Assembly (NCBI GenBank): GCA_036867785.1
Contig: CP145420.1
Location: 744,001 to 808,000, forward strand
Origin: Plasmodiophora brassicae
Taxonomy: Eukaryota
Direction of reading: 5' to 3'
DNA length: 64,000 bases
Positions 47,805 through 61,444 of the stretch are shown in pieces (position 1 is the stretch's first letter; the number at the start of each line of letters is the position of its first letter). The notes below the pieces were generated by a model. That model made no database searches and was not told the origin of the DNA. It worked only from the letters and a program-made list of their open reading frames with translations. The position numbers and the translations under genes were made by a program.

Positions 47805-48244
47805 AGTGTGCCGCCTTCTGGCGCGCCATCGAGCGGCACGACCGGCTGCCGACGTCCTTCTCGCCCGGCGACAGCGACTCGTCGACGAATTGCCGGGCGA
47901 CGCTGTCGCGGCCCCTGGCATCGTCGCTGCCCTGCTCCCAGGTCACGAACCCGACGAACACGGTCCGGCAGGCGCTGCCGGACCCCTGCCGAGCGATGGT
48001 GGTCGTCCCGCCTGGGAAACTCTCTCGACAGGAGTAGGACTCTATCAGGGCGGACGTCAGGCACGCCAACCCCGACGCCGACGACGCCAGGCCGGCCGCC
48101 GTCGGGAAATCGTTGCGACAATCCAGACGAATCGGCTGGCGCGTGAACGACTCCGATTTCGTCGACAGGCGACGGCACGCCCGAAGAACGGCCTGCAGCC
48201 GGCTCGTTACCTTCCAGGTCGCAGGGCCTGGCCGCGCATAGTAT
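47805..48244 (-). pseudogene. Partial, internally deleted duplicate of the adjacent MVD/CFAP46 3' region
   Basis: 47805-47845 matches 46013-46055. 47845-48244 matches 46744-47176 with a small deletion and includes part of the MVD intron. Confidence 0.9.
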
Positions 48245-48456
48245 TTGGTGGCGGTTCCCCGACTGCGACCGGGTGCAGGTTCTACCGACCGGGTCCAACG
48301 TTTGGCGAATGAAACAGCGATCTGCATTCGCCGAGTTGCTAAATTTGTCGCGCGGGTCGGCCAATAATTGGCGAGTGCAGTCGCGGAGGCGCGTCGCCGG
48401 CGGAGGATCCGCGCGCGTTGGGCAGGTGCCGGTACGGCGGGCGGCGCTCCGCGGCA

Positions 48457-49221
48457 ATGTTGGCGTCGCTGTGGTCGAGCGTCCGCGACCATGTGGCGGG
48501 CATGCTGAGCGTCGCGACCGCGTTCTGCGCGTCGCGCGCGCTGACGTACACGATCCAGAAGCTGCGGCCCGAGCTCGGCGACGGGCAGCTGCAGCTGCTG
48601 CGGTCGCATTTCGAGACGGCCATACTCGCCTTCTTCCAGGGCGAGGTCAACATTGGCCGGCAGATTCGCGGGCTCCTCGCCATCGTCTTCCATGAGCTCA
48701 CAGATGAGGTACCGGTACGGTGTTGAAAAATCGCCACCGGGCTCGCCTGATGCGACGAACAGGAACAGGAACTTCTCTGGCAGCAGCTCGTCCAGATAAT
48801 GAACGCGTTTGATCTCCATGGAGTCATGGAGGAAGAGGCACCCGTGGTCGCCTACGATGACGACGACTTCACTGCCCTGCCGGACAGCACGCTCGACGAG
48901 CTAGTGTCGACCTTTGGGGTCAAATCTGAACTGGCGAGCCAGATCCCGCGATGCGTTCGGGGCGCCCTTGTCGCTGAACTCGCCAATTCGCCGCCCTGCT
49001 CGATCACCCTCGAGGACATTGTCGACGACCGCGGGAAGATCACCGCCGACGTCGTCGCCCTTGTTCAGCGCATCGAGCCATCCGGCAACGACAACAAGCA
49101 GTTCCACGTATTCCTGTATAAGAGACCGGCCCTGGAGCAGTGGTTCGCCATCGGCGGGAACGTCAACCCGCTAACCCGCGAACGCGTGCACCGATCCAGC
49201 CAGCTGTTCTCGCTCTCCTAA
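48457..49221 (+). CDS. Hypothetical protein with a C-terminal U-box/RING-like domain (2 exons)
   Basis: PPCSITLEDI...FLYKRPALEQWF...NPLTRE matches the U-box pattern CPIT...Y.R.A+..W....P.TR; intron about 48709-48763. Confidence 0.6.
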
Positions 49222-49460
49222 TATCGGGCGCCTGCCTCGCTCTCTGGCCCTGTCATCGTATAATATATATCACTGTAGGAGGCTCTGCGTCCACACACAA
49301 TGCAACCGTCCGCGTCGGTGCCCTTAGGCGATATATGTTCTGCGCGCAAACGCTCAATTTGAAGGAGCGCAGGAGATGGGGGTCGTTACTCGTTCCTCTC
49401 GGGGGGCAGCGTTTTGTTCAAAACAAGTCGCCGGCACGTCGATTTTTTGCAGATTCGCGA

Positions 49461-50706
49461 ATGTGGTCGGCGCTGAAGGGCCTCGATGCCTACCCGAAGC
49501 TATCGGAGGCGGTCCAGGTGAAGACGCTGTCGGGCGGCATCGTGTCCATATCGGCGTGCGCCATCATGTTCCTGCTGTTCTGCTCCGAGCTGGCGTTCTA
49601 CATGTCGACGGTGACGCGCGACCACCTCATTGTCGACACGACGCGATCGGCGAGGCTGAACATCTACGTGGACGTGCGGCTGCCGGCCGTGCCCTGCTCG
49701 TTGCTGTCCATGGATCTGGTGGATGCGACCGGCGCTACGCGAACGGACGTCTTTATGTCGGTTGTCAAGCGGAGAATGAAGGAAGACGGCACCGATCTTG
49801 GCATCCAGGAGGAGCCAGCCGCTCTCGGTGGGGTTCTCTCCGAGAGCGCCGTCTTGAAGGCAGTCAACAGCTCCCTGTGCAAAGACTGTTACGGTATACG
49901 ACCTTGCGCGCTCGAGTTGTCAGCACTGAGCTGCGCGCTTAGGAGCCCATGAGTACGAGGGCCAATGTTGCAACACGTGTGAGGATGTGAAGGCGGCGTA
50001 CCGAAAGAAGGGATGGGCACTGAGCTCGGTAGATCATATCGAGCAGTGCAAAGAGAAGCGGGCGCAAGTACAGGCGGCGCTGGGGTCGCACGAGGGGTGC
50101 CGGGTGAAAGGCCATTTCACTGTGGAAAAGTCGGCCGGCAATTTCCATCTGGCGCCCGGAGAGGAATTCCAGTCGTTCCATGACCACGACCACGACATGC
50201 AGGCGTTTGAGGCCGGCCTGTTCAACGTCAGCCACATGATTGACAAGTTCTCGTTCGGCGAGGAGTTCCCCGGGATCATCAACCCTCTCGACGCGACCCG
50301 GAAGATCGTGAAGGAGGGCGGCGCTGTCTTCCAGTACTACGTCAAGGTGGTGCCGACCACGTACGAGTATCTCGACGGTCGCCAGGTGGTCACAAACCAG
50401 TTCTCGGTTACCGAGCACACTGCTGCGGTGAAGGACAGACAAGGGCTAGGGTGATACCCGCTCGGTGCAGTGCGTACTCACCTAGTTCGTACTCAATGTC
50501 GTGTCAGATTGCCGGGCATCTTCTTCCACTTCGACATCTCCCCCATTAAGGTTCAGTTCAAGGAGGAGCGCCGATCGTTTGCACATTTCCTGACGCAGCT
50601 GTGCGCCATCATCGGCGGCGTCTACACCGTGTCGTCGCTGATCGACAAGCTCCTCTACTCGTCGATGCGCTCGCTGCAGAAGACCCGAATCGGCAAGTAT
50701 GGTTGA
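49461..50706 (+). CDS. ERGIC3: ER-Golgi intermediate compartment protein 3 (Erv46), 3 exons
   Basis: LKGLDAYPK, TLSGGIVS, CCNTCEDVKAAYRKKGW, GNFHLAPG, FQYYVKVVPT, LPGIFFHFDISPIKV, LCAIIGGVYTV, terminal IGKYG. Confidence 0.95.
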
Positions 50707-50795
50707 CAGTGTCATTCTAAATCGATTGTCCCATAACCACTGAGAGCGCGTGCATGGACTACGTACTGGGTAATACGACTGTATAGATTACATAA

Positions 50796-53700
50796 TCAGA
50801 AACAGATATACTGGTGAAGCAATGACGACGCCAGTTCGAGCCGCCCTGACCGCCTGTAGAGCAGGCTGAGGTTGAACGCGGCGGCCCGGGCGATCTTCGC
50901 CTCGGAGGCAGCGGGCCGCGTTGACGACAACGGGAACATCATGTCGACGCACGCCTCACGGTCGGCTCTTCGCGCCGGTCGGGACAGTTTCGACGACAGC
51001 GACAGCGTTTCTTTGTACAGCCGTTCAGCGAGGTGATTGATCCCGATCGTGTGGAACGCTCGCGCCAGGTTGTACAGCGGGTGGGCGGCATTCGGCTTGC
51101 GCTTCTTGTACTCGAACAGCATCTCGAAGGCGCGCATCACGTAGTAGTGTCGGTTCGCCACAGATGGGCTCATAGCGCGATGCAGGAACGCCAGGCCGGT
51201 GAACAGCACTGATTGCAAATCATATTAGCCCCAACGGCATATTCCCTCGGTACCCGTCTGACCAAGATGATCGCTACACGGGTCAGGGGACGCCTCCAGC
51301 GCCCGAAGGTAGCCGCGAACGGCACGCCCTGGGGACGCGGACGTCAGCGTGCCGGCAATGTGTCAAACAAACAATGGTCACCCGGTACCGTAGGTCTTCT
51401 TCATGACGAAATAGTGGGCATGCGCCGCACGTAACACGGGGCACGAAGGCCACTTGACGAGCGCGCGCTCCAGGTAGCGTCGGTACCGCTCCGGGTACCC
51501 CATGCGCTGGACAAGGTTCAGGAACGCGATGGCGGGGCGCGGATCCTGCCCGTCGATGAGGAACACGGTCGCCTGGGAACAGGCGCGCGCATAGTCGCCT
51601 CGGTGCATGAACACGTCGACGGCGACGCACCGAAGCGCATTCGCCCAGAACGACAGCGGCGGCCACTCGAACCGCAGCGTCTGCTTCAACAGCGTCGACG
51701 CCTGCCACGTTCGTCAGCGTGCGCGCCCATAAACACAGACGCCGCGTTCCGATGGCGTTACGTGGTCGACGCGCCCGACGAGAGCTAACGAGCTGCAGAG
51801 AATGGTCAGCGTCTCCAGGAACAACGGGTCCAGTAGCAGTGGGGGAATGCTCCGGATGCGCATATGGACTTGTTTGGCGTCGTCGGACCCTGACGATGGG
51901 CAACCATCAGTGATCACTGGCGACCAGCAACGGCTGGGAGGGGTACCAGTAGCAGCCGCACGTTTCTCCAGTCGAAAGTCCCTCCTTGACACGACAGCGT
52001 TCAGCGTTCGACTCAGGCGGTCGTAGCAGGCGGACACGACATCGTCGTAGCGACGCTCGTCAAAGCACAGCTTCGCAGCCTGGTGCATCATCGACAGCGA
52101 CGTCATGTCGATTGGGAGGGTCATACCGCGACGCTAAACCAGTTCAGCACAACGGAACGAGGCCAACCAGTGCACCAACGTACATGCGTGACGTGTTCGT
52201 CAGGCGAGCCATGATCAAACTGTTGCTCCTCGTCGACGCCCTTCAGCGCGGCGATCGCCTTGTCCGAATCGCCACGCTCCCGGAACACTTCCGACATGAT
52301 CATACGAGACTCGATATCGGATGGATGCTCCTGCAACGATGGCACACGTGAGCAAGGGTGCACGAAGGCACGGACGAGTTCTGGGCGACCTCGACAACGG
52401 ATTCGGCATAGCGCAGCGCCTGCTCGTCACCATCAGGCAGATCCTTGTAGCATCGCGCCAGCCGAATCCACAGATCAGCGTTATCGTACTCAGGAACAGC
52501 TGTGGCACAGCATCAGCACGAATATGAAGCTTCCACGACCAGCGCGGCAGTTACTCTCCAGGCACGACAGGACCGCCAACGCCTTGTCAGGCATTTCCAT
52601 GTAGTAGTACATGTCGCCAACGTCGATGTACAGCGCGGCGTACTCGCCAGGGTCCAGATCGAATATGCGGGAGATGCACGCCTCCGTATCGGCGCGATCG
52701 TCATCGTTGGCGTCCGGCGCCTCGCAGCACAGTTGACAGAGGCCACGTCGGATCGTGAGCTCGATCGGAAGGTACAACGTGATCTTCAGCGCAATCGTCT
52801 GCAAGGGGAACCTGTGACCCTCTGACCCACGCAGAGAACAGGAAACGACACCGACCTCGTCGATCAGGCTCAGAGCAGCCTTGAAGTCCTTCATCTGCAT
52901 GAGCAACTCGCAGAGCATGTTGATGACGGTGAAGTCCCAGACGGCTGCGCGCGCGTCGTCACCAGCAGCGTCCTGCGACGGTAACCGTTTCCGTGCAGAT
53001 TCGACGTACTCGTTCAGGATCCGCACAGCGTTGTGACTCTTGTCCACGGTAAACAGGCAATGGCAATACCGCTTGACGACGTCAGGGTCATCCGGCACCT
53101 TCTGGTACAGCAGGCGATACCCTTCCAGTGCGCGTTTCACGTTGCCGACCCTTTCGTATAGCATGGTCCTGCGCAACGCATTAGGGAAACGTGGGAGCAG
53201 TGGAGACAGATCGCCGGACCGATGTCGTAACGCCTCGGTGTCGTTGGACTCCATTCTCAGTAACCGGGTCAAACAGTGCACAGCCAGGTCAGTTTCCTCC
53301 AGCTCCCTAGAACATCTGAATCAGAAACGGCACGTCACGCCATCATCGTCGGGTCCGCGTACTCTGCCATCATTGCCAGACGGCGCCACATATCGACGTC
53401 CCTAGGTGTGAAATGGGCGGCAAGAACAAAGACTTGCAGCGCCTGCTGTTGATGGCCAAGCTGTTCGTAGATGAGACCCAACGTGTGATACGGCGACGCC
53501 ACGTGCGGCGCTTCGCGAATGATTTCCAATAGCAGCTGAGCGGCGCCTTGCAAATCCTGTGTCACGAACAGCATGTTCGCATCACCTAAATGCGACGTAT
53601 TCATTCAGTAACCAGAACAAGTTAAACGACCCGCACGACGCGCACCCATCTTCTTCGCCAGTGCAGGGGGCAACGTGTCCCGTCTAGGAACGGTCCGCTG

Positions 53701-53994
53701 CGTGAAACGTTTAGTAACAACAGTGGACGCCTGACAATGTGACGCTTAGTACCTTGGCGCGTTTCCGTGGCTGAATTCCAAGATCGCGATCCAGCTCGTC
53801 GAGCTCGTCATCGGAGTAGACGGCGCTATCCGCTGCAATATGATCGATATCCCTGATGTGCCGGAGTCAGACGCGTTCGCCAACATTGCGCACTGTGCTA
53901 TCACGACGCACCCGAGCGAGGGCAGGTATCCAGACGGGAGCTGTACGGCTAGATCGCCACCGGTTGCCGCGCCGGGGAACGCTGGCGTTTCCAT
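50796..53994 (-). CDS. GTF3C3: TFIIIC TPR subunit (GTF3C3/Tfc4), many exons; start approximate
   Basis: LGDANMLFV...EIIREAPHVASPYHTLGLIYEQ, LAAHFTPRDVDMWRRLA, LPIELTIRRGLCQL, YNLARAFHTIGINHLAERLY, AAFNLSLLYRRSG. Confidence 0.85.
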
Positions 53995-54390
53995 TTAACG
54001 TCGCGATACAGCTCCCTCGGTCACGCACTTTTTCCAACGGCGCACTTTCCAGCATCCGATAAACGACTATTACTGGAGCGGGGCAAGCCGGCGACCGAGT
54101 CGACAGCGGTAAGGCTCGGCGAACGTATTCCAAGAGTGTGCAGATTCGTCACACCGAGGAGACACGCGCTTCACAAATGATGCGGCGGTAAGTGTGCGCC
54201 AAGAATCCACGGTAGGGACGCTTCGTCAGTTCGCCAAGGCTGGTCCGCAGCCACATACTGCGGTACCTAGTTGCTTCTGCGAACAAGCGCGCGTCTAAGC
54301 ACGTACTTTACTAGAATGCCCTACTTCAATACAGGCAACTCTGGCTGTACTTCGTATTCCTTACACAGCGTTACGTAGCTGCATGATGTA

Positions 54391-57300
54391 CTACCGTTTC
54401 GTGGTCCGCTGCTTCTTACGCTCAACAAAGCGCCTTCTCGCTTCATCGATTCGCTCGAGATCCCGGTCGCGTTTCACGGCCCCAGCGTCCTGACGTACAC
54501 TTAGTACTTATGTAATTGTCATAGTGTTCGATCCGTGAACTACCGTTTCTTTCCCATCAATTTCATGGGCACACGGCTTTGACGGTGGCTCCCCTGCGGG
54601 CGTATCGCGTTCATCACGCTGTCGGTGACCCGTCAGACGCCCAATGTTTGCTTCTCGGAGCCGAGGAAGCCTGTCTGCAATGAAGTCGAACTCTATAGCA
54701 GTTACGTTCCGGAGCAGTGGGCGGTTCCCGTTCACTAACTCACGGTACACCACCTAAGGCAGAGAAGTGGTTAGCCACCCAAGCCAGCGCACTGGTTAAG
54801 CATCGCTCTCGGACCCATTTCGGAAGGACGCTTTTCAAAGCGGATTGCGGATGGATGGCGGCCAATGGTTCCCGGTGATGGGTGGCGACATCGCGGTTAA
54901 GGCGATAATTATAATCGCCGACGCGATGGGCGCACTGATCAAAGTATACATAGGCGATAGCGCGTCGACAACCGGTAATCGCGGCCTTAGTGACAGGCCT
55001 CGAGGTGGCGTTATGCACCTAAAGGACCAACAACTTCAGACACTTGGTCAAGCCAAATCCGATGGATGGAAACCTGGTTCCTGGATGACGCCAAGGATTT
55101 AAAGCTATCTTTCAACTGGCGACGTATCATGTCAGCCGTGTGAAGCGCCCTGAAATTCAGGAAATTCTTCTGGCACCATTCTTGACTTTTCCGATTTTGC
55201 ACCCACTCGTTAAACCTTAAAATACACCAGTTAAGAACGTGCATGAATGTTACTACAAGCAAACCCTACACAACGAGGGTGGTTAAGAGGTCACCATGTT
55301 TGGACTTGAAGGCCATGTGCTTGGTTTGTGCGTCCTCAACTTTTTGTCGAGGGATCACCCAAAGGTTCTCGACAGACATCATGGCAGCAATGGTCAACAT
55401 TTCCGGGAAGCAATCCAGTTCGATCTGATACGAAGCATTTAAGGTAATGGCAGGGCATACCCAACGCAGATACCGATTTGATGAGCAGGAGTGCCAGTGA
55501 CGGCTCAAGTGGTAACCTCGCAAGGTCATTCCCAAGATCGGTGAGACGCCCATCGGCATCCAAGCCGCCCAGTAGGAAGAGTCGGACCTGGTTAGGTAAT
55601 TAAGGGGATATATCATTGCAGGCGTAAAACCAGGACTCGAACAGAGGCTACCATACCAGAGCGGCTTCAATGGCCTCACGTGGCGGCTGGTCGATAAATC
55701 GAAATGTCGTCGGATCGCTTACACCCTAACGCATGTATTAGTATTCTAGAAATCAAGGTTCACAGGCAAGGTATACTATCTGTTTCAGTAGAAGCACGGC
55801 ATGCGAAAGATTACATCGTTGAATCTCGGGAAGCGTTTCAGTGGGGAAGCTAGCTAGATCTTCCTGACTATACCTGGACAACATACACGCATAAGATGTG
55901 GATACTGATGGAAGGCGGGGGCATAAGGTTACAAGCGGTAACAGATCCCTGGCTGGGTCCTGCCTGCCCTTCCTGCTCTCTGCGTCGCCGAGACACGGCT
56001 TATCTTGACGATATCAAGAGAATCGATACCAGTAACTGGGTCGAAGGTCTTCTGCTTCGCAAGCCCTATAGTCCCACATAATGAGCGCATCCTTAGCAAC
56101 AGACGGGCACGATAACGGCATACCGATATCGACGACGTAGACCACGCCATCCACGGTCAAGGATGTTTCGCCGATGTTCGTACTGAATAGAATCTTGCGA
56201 CATCCGGGGGGCGCTGGCTGGAAAATCCGCGACTGATCTCGCGATGGCAGCGCCCCATACATGGGCAATATTACCACGTCGTCCATTTCAACCTTAGTCA
56301 GCAGCGTAAGTGACATCCATTTGTAAGTCAGGGACCAAACATTACCCCATCCTCAATCAGTGAATCAAGTTTCTTGCCAAGTAGTGTACAAGCACGCTCG
56401 ATTTCGTCCTGATAAAACGGTCAATCAGGAAACATGGCTGGCGAGCAGATTGCTGGCGGGCAGGTTGGCCACACCTGTCCTGTCAGAAACACGAGAACGT
56501 GACCTACCAAGACACCGTATCAGTAAAGAGAAGAGCAACAGGCGATAACAATTGAACCTGGTGGTTTTTCGCAATGGATTGTACATACAAGATCAACAGC
56601 AGCATCGACATAATGCTTGCATTGCTCCATGGATTCAAGATGCACGATTTCAACAGGGTAGCATCGACCCGGTATTGAGATGGTCGGGCACCCATTAAAG
56701 AAGGAACTGAACTTCGCCGTATCTGCCGGAACTGTAAGCAATCATGCCATCCTGGTTGTCCACTTTGGCCGACCTAGCGTAGCCGACGTGATCACGACGC
56801 GCAAGTCAGGACGCCGATGGGCAATTTCTCGCATCAGCCCCAATAAGATGTCCGTCTGGAGGCTACGCTCATGGGCCTTTCACCAAATCAGCTATCGAAA
56901 CCGTCTTACTGAGCCATGCGCTAGAGTCCAAACCTCATCCAAAATGATAGTGGCGTATCTGGAGAGCAGGCGATCGTTAGTCGCCTCTCGCAGCAAACAC
57001 CCATCTGTGATGAAACGAATCCGGGTTCTGATGACAAAAATGATCAGAACAGATTGCCAACCCAGGCTACGAGATGGCACCGACTCGGGGGACGTGCAGT
57101 CTTCAAAACGGATAGTGTACCCAATGAAGTCGCCAACTGTTCCCGTGTTGCTCTCGTGCGCAACCCGTCCTACAACATTGTTACCGACCGCATTTCAGTG
57201 CGACCGCAACAGGGACTGACTCGCTAAAGCAATCGCTCCAACCCGCCTCGGTTGGCTAACGGCAATCATACGGTCGCCAGTCTGATCGACAACCGACTCC

Positions 57301-57517
57301 CACACATACTGCGCAATCTGGGTGCTCTTCCCTACGTCCACAACGTCAGCAGCCATCATCCGCGCCCGCGCGCCCAGCGCAGCGACGCACCGCTGCCGGT
57401 CGCCCCAGTCAGCACCACGAACTGCGACGCTCGTATCGATTCAACAATCAGCTCCCGCTCCGCAAACACGGGCAATGACGCGCGCGCCTTGGCGATCGCG
57501 TCGTCGTCGTCCGCCAT
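54391..57517 (-). CDS. DHX40: DEAH-box RNA helicase, DHX40-like, many exons
   Basis: LPVF...[71 protein letters not shown]-terminal [13 protein letters not shown] resembles DHX40. Confidence 0.85.
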
Positions 57518-57807
57518 GACGATGCGACCTGCAGTGCCGCACGCAATAACGGCACAATCCAAGTGGCGCATCATTCTCAGGCGGGCAGCTCACAGAGGAG
57601 CTACGAACGCGGGTCGACAGGGTCGTTACATTTTGGCCATTTGCCCAAATGGGCATGCTGGTGCCGTCCATCGTGTGCGGGTTGCTGCTGCTCGACGGCT
57701 GGGTGCCGGAACCTCGGGCGGGGGGAGGCTGCGCTGCACGCTGCCAGGCACTCAGCGCGGGCAGCAGCGAGCCGCAGAAAATAGCCCAGCCTCGAGCAAG
57801 GCTGCAG

Positions 57808-59747
<1,940 letters not shown>

Positions 59748-59790
59748 ACTGGAATGGAACGTTCAGTCATCCGCGACCTGCGCCGTCCAT

Positions 59791-60634
59791 TTATGATGAC
59801 AGGGATAGGCCATTGACGGCTGCGTACGTGGCCATTGCCACGAACGGCATCGCCAGGAACCCTCGCTTAATGCCAGCCATCCCGGATCCGCCCATGCCCA
59901 CTGCGGGTCGAAAGCGTGGAGCAATGGCCCGATCTGCAATCAGGAATGAGGCGCCCGAGGCCAGGCCGGCTGTCAGGCCAGCCCGCGTGTTGAACTCGAG
60001 AACCTCATCGAGGTCGGCGCTGGCAGCATCCGCACGCGCCATGCTGCTGTAGACGACGACCTGGACAGCGGATGCGAACGCGATCGGCCAGGACCAGCCA
60101 GCGATCAGACAGGCAGCCGCTGTGGCGCCTGCCATGTCCAACCCTGAATCGTGGCGCTTCTCCTCCAACCTGAGCACCTTCTTGATGGCCATGAAGGAAC
60201 ACATGTAGACACCTGGACGGCCAGATCAGTGAGGCCCACGAGATCGCCGGCTAACGTGTACCTAAAGGGGCAGCATTCCCGACGACGGCCCAGGGGATTG
60301 TGTTGGTGGACAGGGCTTTCAGTATGCCAGATGTGGCCATAGGTGTGATCCCATTGCCCACGACGGGGGCGATCTTGGCGGCGCCCTTGATAACTCCCTG
60401 TCGGGCAATGCCAGCCGCGCCCGTACCAGCAATGTTGACGATGGAGGCTCCCGGCGACAGGATCGTCAGCAGGGCGGCTGACGGCGAGAACGCCGCCGTC
60501 ACATCCCGGGCGACCTTGCCGCGTCGAGCGTCCCGACGCCCGTAGACCGCCCGGATCTGTGTACGAAGCGAAGACAGCGACTGGTGTCGCTCCCGAAGCG
60601 CGTCCTGGATCTGCGATGTGATGCTGAACTGCAT
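59791..60634 (-). CDS. Hypothetical Gly/Ala-rich membrane protein (2 exons)
   Basis: Two ORFs (60251..60634, 59791..60204) joinable by a short intron; several hydrophobic segments. Confidence 0.5.
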
Positions 60635-60929
60635 TGTCGCTAGTGGATTACGTGGAGCTATGCGTCAGCCTCGCTGGCCAGCTGTCGCGGCAGCAGATCG
60701 CCGGTCAGACTAATCCATGGCGGTCAATCCCGATTAGGGGGCCTCAGTGACGCATGCAGGTGATGTTAGGTGACCGCTGCAGGCGCGTGTCTGATATCGC
60801 TGACTGGAAGATTGCACCACGAGTTTAGAACCCCATTGGTTTCGTTAACCGTCACCATGGTCGTGGCGCCCCTTCATCCAGCAGAGCCTTGTCGGGTCAA
60901 AACGACATTCCGCTGGCCGGGCACGTGCT

Positions 60930-61268
60930 CCGGTAGATGACAGGTGCTATGGCTCTTCGAGTTCGAGATTTGCCAGCAGTCTTCCTGAGCGTCGATGTAC
61001 CTGATGTTCACCAGCGCGACATCAGACATGAGAGCATATCAGTCGACATTGATGCCCAGCATGTCGGCCTTCCCTCCCTGTATTTCTGGGTTTCGTTGCA
61101 CTTAGTCGACGACGCCGCAATCGGACCCCATGAACACGTACTTGTGCAGGTACTTGGCCGACCTCACGCGAGTTGCAATTCTCCATGTTGACGTGACAAT
61201 TGCACACAACGAGAAGATACGGGTAGTAAGGAACCATCCACCTGTTGTCCAGCTTAGGGCACATCTAC
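60930..61268 (-). pseudogene. Helitron Rep relic (downstream part)
   Basis: LDNRWMVPYYPYLLVVCNCHVNMENC, then after a frameshift AKYLHKYVFMG; compare the Helitron consensus DNRWVVPYNP.L...NCHINVE.C...KYL.KY..KG. Confidence 0.85.
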
Positions 61269-61444
61269 GCTGGTCGCCATCGCAACAGTCCTGAGTTCAG
61301 CGTTGAAGTACTGCGGTCGCTCTCACATAACAGCAGGATGCCACTAAAATGCAGGCGCTGCGACTGCGAGTGCGCGCAGGCCGCAGAGACAGTCCGACCG
61401 CGGGCTTTGCGCAATTGCCCACGTTGGCCCGCTAATTGGCCGGA

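Noticed and set aside
47371-48819. 482 aa minus-strand ORF containing MVD motifs, as a second MVD gene or fusion
   Set aside because: Chance read-through of the duplicated fragment and antisense of the neighbouring gene; lacks the MVD N- and C-terminal motifs.
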